Program-made: the position numbers and the translations under genes | Origin: Ructibacterium sp. | GTDB taxonomy: Bacteria; Bacillota; Clostridia; Monoglobales; Monoglobaceae | DNA: 64,000 nucleotides | NCBI GenBank assembly: GCA_045587405.1 | Contig: JAZNCG010000029.1 | Coordinates: 677-64,676 of the forward strand | Reading direction: 5' to 3' | Notes under the pieces: generated by a model | Seen by the model: only the letters and a program-made list of their open reading frames with translations | What the model was told of the DNA's origin: nothing | Databases searched by the model: none | In this document: positions 36,403 to 46,172 of the stretch, in pieces | Position numbering within the stretch: the first letter of the stretch is position 1 | Layout of the letters: every line of letters starts with the position of its first letter

Positions 36403-36782
36403 ACCTCACCCTCCTGTATTCTTTCACCCAGCTCTATGATGAACACATCATTAGACCCTGCGCCCCATTCCTTTTTACCTTTTCCAAATCTGATATTCTT
36501 GATTCTGAAGGTCATTGTCCGCTTGGTGTAGCCATAGCGGAACTTGACCGCATCGAACTTCTTGAACTTGCCGGGCTTGCTTGCCCCATAGGTGCAGAAG
36601 CATTGTCGGCACTTTGGGAAGATGTCATCAGCACATCCGTTTTTATCATTCCTGAAACATTCCATCAGGCGTTTTCTCCAGAATGGCTTATCTTCCCTGT
36701 ATTCCTCCAGCTTCTCGCCCCTTTCTATCATATCATACCACTTAGCTATCAGTGGCAGATGCAGGATTCTCATTTTCTCCAT
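36399..36782 (-). CDS. ASCH-domain protein
   Basis: LHLPLIAKWYDMIERGEKLEEYRE motif. Confidence 0.85.
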   Translation of the reverse strand: MEKMRILHLPLIAKWYDMIERGEKLEEYREDKPFWRKRLMECFRNDKNGCADDIFPKCRQCFCTYGASKPGKFKKFDAVKFRYGYTKRTMTFRIKNIRFGKGKKEWGAGSNDVFIIELGERIQEGEV

Positions 36783-36783
36783 A

Positions 36784-37119
36784 TCAAATATCTTTTTTTA
36801 ACCACACTTGGCTCGATTCCGCTTCAAAGCCCATTCTCTTATACCACTCTCTAACCCAATCGTCATGGTCACTTCGGAGAGATATTGAATTACAGCCCCA
36901 ATCTTTTGCACACTCAAAACACCAATTAAGAATGGATGTTGCACCACCTTGTTTTCTTATGCTTTCGTGAACATACAGGTCAGATATAACGGCTTCTTGC
37001 GGAGTATCGTTATAGAAGCTCAATCTACAAGAAACACGGCCATCATCAGAGAATACGAAAAGAACTTTGTAATCATCCCAAATTTGAGGGACGGAATTGA
37101 AATTGAATTTAGATTTCAT
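36784..37119 (-). CDS. GNAT-family acetyltransferase
   Basis: LYVHESIRKQGGAT acetyl-CoA motif and WYKRMGF. Confidence 0.85.
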   Translation of the reverse strand: MKSKFNFNSVPQIWDDYKVLFVFSDDGRVSCRLSFYNDTPQEAVISDLYVHESIRKQGGATSILNWCFECAKDWGCNSISLRSDHDDWVREWYKRMGFEAESSQVWLKKDI

Positions 37120-37801
37120 ACTTTACATTCCTTGCTTTATGTTCCTTTGATGCGTAGTGCTTTTGCCAACAAGAAGCGCATATCAGCTTACCTTCCCTCA
37201 CAAAGCCTTGTTCTCTTGGGTTAAAATGTTTGCCACATATAGGGCAAATCACTTGATTATATCTTTTCGCCATATCTATCCCTCCAACGGTTCAAACATT
37301 TTCAAAATATCAATACAGACATCTCGCTTGCCCAAATAAAATGGTTGGCGAAAGGAATCTCGATTTTCTTTATGATGCTGTGCCAACTTGTGATAGTGGT
37401 CTCGACATTCCTCAAGTTCTTTTTTGCTGATGGAGATATAGTCTCCATCAATCTTGTAATCTTGCAGTACCATTATCAGTCCTCCTTATATTTTGTCTCG
37501 AATTATCTTGCAGTAAGTTCCCTTTTCTGCGAAACATTTGCATTGATTTCTGTTGTAGTACCAGCATGTCAGGCACAGATTAAACTTTGCCATAGTCATT
37601 CCCTCCAATGTTTAACAATGAACTTCATTCTCTTGCGATAGCTCCTTATCTTGCGAAGCTCTGTTCCAACCCAAAGCAAATGTATCTTCAGCATCACTGT
37701 CCTATACTTCTGCATGGTTTCGCACAGATTGGCGACCTCTTTTGATAATGATTCCATACATATTTCTTTGCTAAAAATCAGACATGTTTTCTGCTCAAAA
37801 A

Positions 37802-38065
37802 TCAAAAGAAGTTATCCGGTGTCACATATCCGTATTCCTCCATTTCTTCCAGAGCATATCGCAACGGAAGCTCCATATTGCCATACACAAAACACAGGTA
37901 ATATGTGAAAGGCTCTTCAGCTGGGCACAGTTTGAGTTTCGGTTTGTCTCCCTCAAAGCGATGCCAGCACATCTTACTTTCAATCTCGGACATCTTACTT
38001 TGCAGCTCCTGCAAGTGGCTATCAGCCTCGGCTATCAAAGCCCTGAATTTGTTCATCTTTGCCAT
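37802..38065 (-). CDS. Hypothetical protein
   Basis: 87 aa, coupled to neighbours. Confidence 0.55.
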   Translation of the reverse strand: MAKMNKFRALIAEADSHLQELQSKMSEIESKMCWHRFEGDKPKLKLCPAEEPFTYYLCFVYGNMELPLRYALEEMEEYGYVTPDNFF

Positions 38066-38562
38066 TATTCTTTCCTTTTGAATCGTGCAATATCTTTATC
38101 CTCGAACATCCCGTGAGAGGGGAGCTTTCGCAAGGTCGTGAAGACCTTTGCAAAAGCTTTGTTATCCTTCACGGTCCTGTCAACATAGAGCATGAGCAGA
38201 CGGACAATCTCATTTGCATCATCGTTGAAGCCGTCATAGGCTTCAGGATTGCCGTCCGGATTATCCTCATCTCTTCCGATGCCCCATGTCGCATTTGCAA
38301 TCTGTGGGTCAATTCGGTTGTAGAAGTGGAATGAAGCAGCCTTGACAGCCTTGCAATAGTCATTCAGACCTGTCAAAAGCTCATTTTCTCCGGCTATCAG
38401 TCCATGTTTCCTAAACTCAGACTTTACTCTCCGATGTACATTCTCGACAATCGACTGACAGGCTGAAGCCACTATATACATCAGCTTCATTTCCTGCGGA
38501 ATGGTCGTCCTGTCGATGTCATCATGAATCGCCTTTCTCGTTTTTGCATCAACCGCTGCCAT
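38065..38562 (-). CDS. Hypothetical phage protein
   Basis: 165 aa, operon context. Confidence 0.65.
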   Translation of the reverse strand: MAAVDAKTRKAIHDDIDRTTIPQEMKLMYIVASACQSIVENVHRRVKSEFRKHGLIAGENELLTGLNDYCKAVKAASFHFYNRIDPQIANATWGIGRDEDNPDGNPEAYDGFNDDANEIVRLLMLYVDRTVKDNKAFAKVFTTLRKLPSHGMFEDKDIARFKRKE

Positions 38563-38568
38563 ACCGCA

Positions 38569-39180
38569 CTACTTTCTAATCAGGAGAAAATCAAGGAAAA
38601 TGTCAGCGAACTGCTTCGCTGCGTAGATGGCGAGGTCTCGTGTCTTAAAGCAAAGCCGAGAGCCGAAGGACGCAGGCGTACGCGAGGGAGCGTAAAGCGA
38701 GAGCGAGAAAGCGAGAACGGCAGGAAGACCATAGAGAGACATATCGACATCTGTTGGTACTTCATCGGAACACAATTCACCTTTTGTCGGCTTATGGTCA
38801 TATAGATAATACCAGACATAATAGACCGTAGTCTTGCAGTCTTGCGGATTCTCCCAGCCCTCATTAAGTGCTGCACAGATAATACGGCAGGCGAGGTAAG
38901 AAACTATGTCACAGGATTCTTTGTCGCTGATGGTACCTTCTTTCGTCATCATGTCACGGATAGCTATGTACTGCTTCACAAGCACATGATTATAGCCGAG
39001 GGCATTTAGGGCATCGTTGAAAGTCTTGATGCGTTCCGTCACGGGAACCTGAAGATTGGACTTGCCGAACATCTCTTCGAGAAGATTCTTGATGTAAGGA
39101 GTAACCTCATCATGGTTACTATGATAAGCTTGTCTTGCCTGTGCAAGGGCTGTTGCTGGGTTAAATGAGTTCTTTTCCAT
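38569..39180 (-). CDS. DGR target 2 (remote): non-structural phage protein with a near-C-terminal variable region
   Basis: ERIKTF..ALNEGW..GSRLCFKT family pattern; contains VR2. Confidence 0.85.
   Translation of the reverse strand: MEKNSFNPATALAQARQAYHSNHDEVTPYIKNLLEEMFGKSNLQVPVTERIKTFNDALNALGYNHVLVKQYIAIRDMMTKEGTISDKESCDIVSYLACRIICAALNEGWENPQDCKTTVYYVWYYLYDHKPTKGELCSDEVPTDVDMSLYGLPAVLAFSLSLYAPSRTPASFGSRLCFKTRDLAIYAAKQFADIFLDFLLIRK
38647..38716 (-). repeat. DGR variable repeat VR2
   Basis: 70 nt aligned without gaps to TR 5411-5480; 15 mismatches, all at TR adenines. Confidence 0.92.
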
Positions 39181-39202
39181 GTTGTTTTGTTGTTAGTAGT
39201 GA

Positions 39203-40322
39203 TTATTTGAACATTACTGTTATTCCATACCTATCTCTTTCTATTTCCACCCACTCTATTTCAACACCATAGTCATCTTTGACCGATTCCAATGCTGCTA
39301 TTAACATCTCGCTATCAATAGCTGAAATTCCATATCTTGGGGAATTGAGGTCATAGTCAAAAGATACAGATGTAGAGCCATGAGACCAGCCGAGAACATA
39401 GCCGTCTATTATCTCCTGCAACAAGCCTTTCACTGTATTCTGTTTCAGTTTATAAGCCCAAATCTTCTTGGCTATTGCCACCTTGATTCTAAAGATTATC
39501 TTTCTCATAAATAACTATACCTCCTTTCTTTCCTCGACCTTGAACACGGTCCAGATGAATGTCATCGGCTCAACAGCACATTGATAACCGGGAACAAATT
39601 CCCTCGTTTTGAAATAGTCCAAAAGTTTCTGCACGGTCTCTTCCCGTGTGAACTCAGCTTTATGGATATGGAACACTCCACCGTGTTCTCTCGACTGCTC
39701 TGAGCTGTCGATATTGAAGAGCTGCCTGAGTTCACTGATGGCCGTCTCTCTTGTGATTTCCTTTTTCTTTGATTGCGTTTTACTCATATTGTCAGAATAA
39801 TGTTTGGCTGTCGTAGATGTCCTTGTATTCGGATATTTGAGACAGCAGTTTCTTGCATTTGGCTATCAGGGCATCTGTACTCTCGACCTTTTCGCCATCG
39901 TCAGGCTCGTACCCTCCGTGATATTTCCTGATTCTTTCCATCTCCCGTTTCACATATTGCTCAACGATGCAAAGCTCATTGAAGACTGCTTCCTTTTCGG
40001 AGCCAAAGCTCTCTTTGTGCTTGAGAGAGACACCGCTGCCACCGCCCGAATGATTGACATTGTAATAGTGAGCTGCTATCCATTTCCCGTCAAGATTTAT
40101 GGCGGTCTTTATTTCCGCACACCAGCCGGACTTTCCAAACTCTATTTTGTTTGGATTCAGGCATATATCATTGATATTAAACTGAAAGCCATGAAGCTCT
40201 ACGACAGGTTCTCTTGAGCTATCGTTGGGATGTTCTTTGAGCCAAGCCCACCACTCTTCACGGGTAAATGTGCGTCCGAGTGCCAATGATGTAAAAAATA
40301 CTTCCTTGCTCATGGCCATCAT
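39203..40322 (-). CDS. Three hypothetical proteins (39203-39508, 39515-39787, 39792-40322)
   Basis: Tightly packed co-directional ORFs. Confidence 0.6.
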
Positions 40323-41251
40323 TCTTCAGCATCGAACAGTGATTCATCTTCACCCTCATTCTCTACCTGCACATCTTCCGGAACTTCGGCAGTTTCTTCC
40401 GCTTCTTCAGTATTTCTCTTGGTACGATAGGCTTCCGTATATTCCTTGCCGATAACTGCGGAACATTTCACCTTTGTGGCTGATGTGATATTGACCTGAA
40501 GGTCATCTTGAAGCATAGCGACTTCCAAAGCTGTCAGCTCTTTTTCCTTTGCTTCTTTCTTGAGCTGTTCACGGACATATTTCTCTATCTGAGTTTTGGC
40601 ATCATCCACATCCTTTGCATAAATCAGGAATCTGTAATCATCCTGTCTGTCTTCGTTGTAGATGACAGTAGTCTCAACGGAATAGAACGAATAAACGGCT
40701 TTCTTTTCCTCTTCGACCTCATCTTCAGGCTTCTCAACTCCATTGGCATCTTCCACCAGCTTTACGGTATCATCATCGAAGATAAAGATGTGATTCTTGA
40801 ACTCCTTTGCAGATGTGATTGAGAACACATGGTCATAGCGAAGCTCCACATAGTCCTCGACAATAGCCAACGCCTGAAAGATGTTCTGAGCCAACAGGAG
40901 AAACTTATGCTTCTTCAGGAGCTGTACGGTAACGCACCAAGGCTGAACGCCCCAGCCGGAGCCGAACTTTCCAAGTCTCTTCTGGTCTGAGACTTTAATC
41001 TCTGACAGGTCGCCAATCTGAAGGTGAAAGTTTATCACGGCCATCTGGTCCTCTTCGAGGTATGTTCCTCTTTGCAGGACTATCTCTGTCCGTTCAATCT
41101 CGATGACTTCGCCCGTATCTTTGTCGAGGAACTTTTCAGGCCACTTGCGGTAGAGGTTTTCAACGAGATATTTTCCTATCATCTGTTCCGGGTCAGTGGT
41201 AACGATGATGTTCTCATTCAGTTTTGTCTGAACTTTCTTTGCAGTTTCCAT
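40319..41251 (-). CDS. Acidic hypothetical phage protein
   Basis: 310 aa; DKDTGEVIEIER motif. Confidence 0.65.
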   Translation of the reverse strand: METAKKVQTKLNENIIVTTDPEQMIGKYLVENLYRKWPEKFLDKDTGEVIEIERTEIVLQRGTYLEEDQMAVINFHLQIGDLSEIKVSDQKRLGKFGSGWGVQPWCVTVQLLKKHKFLLLAQNIFQALAIVEDYVELRYDHVFSITSAKEFKNHIFIFDDDTVKLVEDANGVEKPEDEVEEEKKAVYSFYSVETTVIYNEDRQDDYRFLIYAKDVDDAKTQIEKYVREQLKKEAKEKELTALEVAMLQDDLQVNITSATKVKCSAVIGKEYTEAYRTKRNTEEAEETAEVPEDVQVENEGEDESLFDAEE

Positions 41252-41262
41252 GTGTCTATGAT

Positions 41263-43833
41263 TTAGTTATCCAATAATTCCAAGTCGATGACCTCTTCTT
41301 CAGCTTCGTAAGCCATGAAGTCGAACAGGGTAGGTGAGGTCGCTTCCATTTCCGCTTCCCTGAGATATTCAAGCCCGTCTTTCCAATAGTCTGCGTTCAG
41401 CTCTGTTGACAGACCTTTTCGCCCCATCTTTATAGCACAATACGGCACCGTCTGTATTCCTCCGAATGGGTCAAAGACCAAATCGCCTTTGTTCGAGTAC
41501 CGCTCTATCAGCCTTTCCACGATGTCAAGCTGGAGAGGACAGACATGCATCTGTAGGCACTTCTGCGACTGCCTTGAGTTGAGTGTCCGCATCCTTGTGA
41601 CATCATCCCAGATGTAAGGGCTTCGGCTTGACGGGTCAACGGCCATGAATGTCTTCGGCAGCTTGTCGTATGCTTCAAGTTCCTCGGCAAACGCCACATG
41701 GTCCTCGAAGTTGTAGAGGTGTTCTGCCGTGAACTTCCTGAAATATCTCCGGATGCCTCCTATATCCATGCTCTTGACATCGTTCATGGAGAGAAGCCTG
41801 TTACCGCTCGACTTCCAATCTGCGTGAGCATCAATCTGCCATCTTGCAAGGCTGTATTCCTCCTTTGCCTTGGTCACAGGCACATCGGCATAAGCCCTTG
41901 AGGTGTCTGTCGGAAGCTTGCGGAACAGCAGCACATATTCAGGACAGCCAACCCCCATCTTCGAGCCGTCTTTCCTCATTTCGGAGTAACCGAGCCTGTA
42001 GGTCTGATTGTTTTCCCTGACTACATCCGTGTCGATGGTGATGCGACCCATGTATCTGAAGCCGTGTCTGATGTAGTGGAACACGCACATGTCGCTGAAA
42101 GGGTCAATCGTAGGCATACCGTCACCTGTGGCATTTCCGAAAAGCACTCTATCCTTGACATGAACGCAGCACAATCTGCCCGGCTTGAGTATTCGCATGA
42201 GTTCAGGTGTCAGGTAGTCCATCTGCTTGAAAAATTCATCGTTGTCGGAGTTGAAGCCGAAATCGTTGTAGCTGGCAGTGTACTCATAGTGATTGCTGAA
42301 AGGCACGGAGGTCACAATCAGGTCAACGGAGTTGGCAGTCATCTGCATACACTCAAGCACATTGTCGTTGTTGATTGCGTAGTATGTTTCCCCCTTTGCT
42401 TCCTGTCTGAGCGAGAACATGTAACGCATGAGCTTCTGTTTCACATCGAGACCGAAAAGACCGTTTTTCCTGATGATGTCTGCCATCTTCTCCACCATCT
42501 TGTTGTGCTGCTCCCACTTCGCCATGAACGACTTGAAGATTTCAGCTTCGCTCTCTGCATAAACGAGGTACAGGTCAACGGGGTACTTCTGCATGAAGCG
42601 GTGGATTCGTGCGATAGCCTGAAACTTATCGTTGAATCTGTAGTCAATGAACATTATCGCCTTGTGGCAGTGATATTGGAAGTTCAGACCTTCACCGAGC
42701 ATCTCCGGCTTCGCTGCAAGATACTTGAGCTTTCCGTCCTTGAAGTCCATGATGTTCTGGTCGGCTTCCTCTTCATCCTGTGAGCCATATACAGCCTTGC
42801 AGCCCGGTATCGCCTTACAGAGTGCCTGTCTCTCATCTTCGAGGTCATGCCAAAGGAGGAAATGGTCATCTTTGTTCTCAGGTCTGTTGATAATCTCTAC
42901 CACACGGGCAATCTTATTGCTCATGCTGTCACGCCTTTCCCTCGCAGCCTGATTCAGACCGAGGGCAGCTTCACGGAACATCTTGCCCTGCCCGTCCTTA
43001 TCGGTACCGGCTGTCGAATGGTCAACACTTACGATTTCCTCATGCACTCGCAGTTCAGGAAGCTGGTAGCCTACATCGGGATAGCCGAGGTCAGAGGGCT
43101 TTGTGAGGAACAACGCCCATGTTGCGACCCATAGCCAGAACTCATTTTCCTTGTTGGGATATAGTGTCAGGTTGTTAGCCTTTGTGCTGTCTCTCTTGAA
43201 GAATCTTGTCAGAGCCTGCCCCGTGTCCATGATGCCGAGATAGCCGGAATAGTGGATAAGTTCTTTGAGCTTGTTAGGTGACGGGGTAGCTGTCGCCACA
43301 AAGCGGTACTTCACTTTCGAGAACAGGGGAAGAAACTCCTGAAATGTCTTCGTGCCGTAACTTCTGAGGACGGAAGCTTCGTCAAGTGATGTCGCTGTAA
43401 AATAGTCGGGGTCAATTCTCACGCCATCCTCGCCATCTCGCACCCTCTCGTAGTTGGTTATCATGATTGGGGTCGGGCAAGCCCTGACCTCTTCCATGTT
43501 ACGCACATAGGTCACATTCATGCCGAGGTGCTGTTCAGCCTGTGTAAGGAACTCCACGACAACCCTTTTAGGGCAGACGATGAGACCGTAGCCACCCTCA
43601 CGGGCGATGATTACTCTGAGGATTTCGAGCTGGGTCACTGTCTTCTGCATACCGAAGCTGCTGAAGATTGCCCTGCAACCACCGAGGACAGCCCACTTCA
43701 CCGTGTCACGGACATGTGGGAAGAGTGTCGGGGAAAGTTCGCTGTCGCTGACCTCGAAGCCTGTCTGAGAGCTGACGGCCATCTTGTTCTGCAAGAACTC
43801 ACGATATGGGATTTGTGTCTTATTCTGTGTCAT
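41263..43833 (-). CDS. SNF2-like helicase fused to an N4-C/N6-A DNA methyltransferase
   Basis: GMQKT, LDEAS, ATATP, GLNFQ helicase motifs; TSVPF and FDPFGG MTase motifs. Confidence 0.88.
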   Translation of the reverse strand: MTQNKTQIPYREFLQNKMAVSSQTGFEVSDSELSPTLFPHVRDTVKWAVLGGCRAIFSSFGMQKTVTQLEILRVIIAREGGYGLIVCPKRVVVEFLTQAEQHLGMNVTYVRNMEEVRACPTPIMITNYERVRDGEDGVRIDPDYFTATSLDEASVLRSYGTKTFQEFLPLFSKVKYRFVATATPSPNKLKELIHYSGYLGIMDTGQALTRFFKRDSTKANNLTLYPNKENEFWLWVATWALFLTKPSDLGYPDVGYQLPELRVHEEIVSVDHSTAGTDKDGQGKMFREAALGLNQAARERRDSMSNKIARVVEIINRPENKDDHFLLWHDLEDERQALCKAIPGCKAVYGSQDEEEADQNIMDFKDGKLKYLAAKPEMLGEGLNFQYHCHKAIMFIDYRFNDKFQAIARIHRFMQKYPVDLYLVYAESEAEIFKSFMAKWEQHNKMVEKMADIIRKNGLFGLDVKQKLMRYMFSLRQEAKGETYYAINNDNVLECMQMTANSVDLIVTSVPFSNHYEYTASYNDFGFNSDNDEFFKQMDYLTPELMRILKPGRLCCVHVKDRVLFGNATGDGMPTIDPFSDMCVFHYIRHGFRYMGRITIDTDVVRENNQTYRLGYSEMRKDGSKMGVGCPEYVLLFRKLPTDTSRAYADVPVTKAKEEYSLARWQIDAHADWKSSGNRLLSMNDVKSMDIGGIRRYFRKFTAEHLYNFEDHVAFAEELEAYDKLPKTFMAVDPSSRSPYIWDDVTRMRTLNSRQSQKCLQMHVCPLQLDIVERLIERYSNKGDLVFDPFGGIQTVPYCAIKMGRKGLSTELNADYWKDGLEYLREAEMEATSPTLFDFMAYEAEEEVIDLELLDN

Positions 43834-43854
43834 TTTCTGTCTGTTGTTTACTGA

Positions 43855-44325
43855 TTAAAATGCTGCATCATCTGCCGGGAGGTCTTCGCCCGGAGCCAGC
43901 CCTGCCGACTGACCTGTAGCCGGTCTCTGCTGATTCTGCTGGAGCTGTCTCGCCCCCTCAAGATTCTGACTGACCTGCTGCCTTTCCTGAGACCTGCTGC
44001 CTAACATCTGTAGGTTGGTGATTACGATTTCCGTGACATATCTCTTTTCGCCCTCTCTTGTGATGTAGTCTCTTGTGCGAAGTCTTCCCTCCACAGCTAT
44101 CTGACTGCCTTTGCGGACATATTTCTCGACCACTGTCGCATGTGGGCCGAAAGCCACAAGATTATGCCATTCCGTCTGCTCTTTCCATTCTCCTGAGCTG
44201 TCCTTGTACTGATTTGTCGTGGCAAGGCTTACCTGTGCTGCCTTTCTGCCTTGTCCGATGTCGCTGACCTGCGGGTCCCGACCTACATTTCCGAGTAGGG
44301 TCACATGATTTATGCTTGCTGCCAT
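43855..44325 (-). CDS. ssb: Single-stranded DNA-binding protein
   Basis: NHVTLLGNVGRDP, TEWH, KGSQIAVEGRLRTR, acidic tail. Confidence 0.95.
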   Translation of the reverse strand: MAASINHVTLLGNVGRDPQVSDIGQGRKAAQVSLATTNQYKDSSGEWKEQTEWHNLVAFGPHATVVEKYVRKGSQIAVEGRLRTRDYITREGEKRYVTEIVITNLQMLGSRSQERQQVSQNLEGARQLQQNQQRPATGQSAGLAPGEDLPADDAAF

Positions 44326-44618
44326 TGTTGTTCCTGTTGTTGATTACTGATTTCTTCTGTCGTTTCTGCATCTTCTGTCTGCGAGGTGTCTTCAGGCTCG
44401 ACAATCTCGAAATAGAAGTCATTGAGTGTTCTTCCTATCTTGAGCCGTCCCGATTCTTCGAGTTTTCGGGCTGTTTTAAGCAGTTTTTCGCCACTTTCGC
44501 CCCTCAGCCTATCCCTTACCTCCCTGAGCAGAGAAAAAGTCGGAAATCGCCTGTTTCTGATGTTTTCTTCTCGCATGGCGGTCACGACCTCCAGCATCTT
44601 TGTCTCTTCCTGTGTCAT
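44310..44618 (-). CDS. Small winged-helix-like hypothetical protein
   Basis: GRLKIGRTLND motif; follows rep gene. Confidence 0.55.
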   Translation of the reverse strand: MTQEETKMLEVVTAMREENIRNRRFPTFSLLREVRDRLRGESGEKLLKTARKLEESGRLKIGRTLNDFYFEIVEPEDTSQTEDAETTEEISNQQQEQQWQQA

Positions 44619-45592
44619 TTCTTCAGCGGTGTTTTAGAAAATTCGATTTTATAGCCGGGGAAGACATCATCAAGAAACTTCTGACCTTCCGGGTCTTCCT
44701 CGAAGTATTGCCTTATGTGCTTGTGGCAGTAGAAGACAGCCATCGGCACCTCTTGAATGAGCTTGAAGTCGTTGCGAGTGTCGAGGATGGCATATTCAAG
44801 CTCCGGATGTTCAGCCTGCACCTTGCCCCAGAGCAACCGCCACACATTCAGCATGAAATCAGGCAGACGACCTTTCCTGCATCTTTCATTCGCAGCCCAC
44901 TCTTCAGCGAGTGCCTTTCTCTCTGACGGAGTGGCAAACACGGTCTTTGTCGTTGTCGCTCTCCAGCTGTGCCTTTCGTTGTGCCGGATGAACTTCTGCA
45001 CCTCAGCTCTCGGATTGAACACATTAGCCCAGAAGAAAACCCTGTAGAAGTCGTTGCGTTCTGCCTGTTGCTCTTCCTTTGACAGAAGACTGAAGCTGAA
45101 GCCCTCGTGCGTGTGCGTGCGATTGTTATTTATACTTACAGTGTTGTTATTGTTGTTAATAGATATTCTATCATTATCCAACTTCTTAACTTCTTCTGCT
45201 ATTGCGTTTGTTGACCGTTTGTTAGTCGTTTGTTGGTCGTTTGTTACTTGATTGTTAGCTGTTTGTTGGTCTATACTTCCTATAGCTTGGTAACTTTCAT
45301 AATTACAAATAGTTACGAGGGTATATTTGTTTGTTGATTGTCTGTTGATTATTTGTGAGTTTTCGAGCTTTTCAAGGCAGGTGCGGATATTTTGAGCTGT
45401 TAGACCCGTCTTTTTTGAGAGTTCTGCAACTGTGGTAGCGAGCTGACCTCTTTGCAGCACAATGCCCTTCCACTTCCTGTCCTCGATGCTTGCGGACAGA
45501 AGCAGATGAATGAAGAGGTGTACCATCTTGGAATCAGTGTACCACTCCCATTCAAGGAACTTCCTGTGCAGTTTTATCCAGCCCACTACCAT
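44615..45592 (-). CDS. Phage replication initiator (replisome organizer)
   Basis: GWIKLHRK N-terminus, RGQ..T..ELS wHTH, TLVTICNY; internal iterons. Confidence 0.85.
   Translation of the reverse strand: MVVGWIKLHRKFLEWEWYTDSKMVHLFIHLLLSASIEDRKWKGIVLQRGQLATTVAELSKKTGLTAQNIRTCLEKLENSQIINRQSTNKYTLVTICNYESYQAIGSIDQQTANNQVTNDQQTTNKRSTNAIAEEVKKLDNDRISINNNNNTVSINNNRTHTHEGFSFSLLSKEEQQAERNDFYRVFFWANVFNPRAEVQKFIRHNERHSWRATTTKTVFATPSERKALAEEWAANERCRKGRLPDFMLNVWRLLWGKVQAEHPELEYAILDTRNDFKLIQEVPMAVFYCHKHIRQYFEEDPEGQKFLDDVFPGYKIEFSKTPLKK
45206..45271 (+). repeat. Six 11-bp tandem repeats (G[T/A]TTGTTnnnn); putative origin iterons
   Basis: GTTTGTTGACC, GTTTGTTAGTC, GTTTGTTGGTC, GTTTGTTACTT, GATTGTTAGCT, GTTTGTTGGTC. 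Confidence 0.75.
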
Positions 45593-45595
45593 AGC

Positions 45596-46006
45596 CTACT
45601 CCTCGCTTTCAAAGCCCTCCCATTTCAGACCGTTAATCATGCAGAGGTGGCGCATATACACCTCGTCAGGGTGAACATGGCGAGGGTTTCCACCCTCAAT
45701 CATCAGAGTGTGTCTGCCGTCAATGTTCAGTGTACTTACATGATATTCCCCGTTGATAACAAAGGCAGGGAAAACAAGCCTTTCGGTATGTGTCACGGCA
45801 TCAGATACCGCGATAAGGGTCACGCCCTCTTCCGGGAACTGAGCTGTCAGCTGGTCTCTATATTCAGGTTTAACCCTGTTATCTATCCAAGATTTGACAT
45901 TTCTTATGATGTCAAACTTACGACAGAAAGAAATACCGGTCTTTATAGGCTTGGAAAGCTTATAAAAACGCATTGTTGAGGTCTTATGTGTCAGTCTTGC
46001 TTTCAT
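45596..46006 (-). CDS. Hypothetical protein
   Basis: 136 aa, operon context. Confidence 0.55.
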   Translation of the reverse strand: MKARLTHKTSTMRFYKLSKPIKTGISFCRKFDIIRNVKSWIDNRVKPEYRDQLTAQFPEEGVTLIAVSDAVTHTERLVFPAFVINGEYHVSTLNIDGRHTLMIEGGNPRHVHPDEVYMRHLCMINGLKWEGFESEE

Positions 46007-46172
46007 TTCTGTATCGGTTGTTTCTTTTCGAGTTTCTTGACCAGCAACAAGGCACGACGACGGAGGTTGTATAAAGCCGTCTCGCTCATGTTGCTTCCCT
46101 TTTCAGGGTTAGCGAAGATGCTCAGCATCTCAATCGCTTCGTCTCTGTGCCTGTTGCTGATTTCGTACATGA

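Noticed and set aside
38717-38760. Extension of VR2 over the full TR length
   Set aside because: A non-adenine mismatch occurs at 38717 and similarity is lost after about 38724
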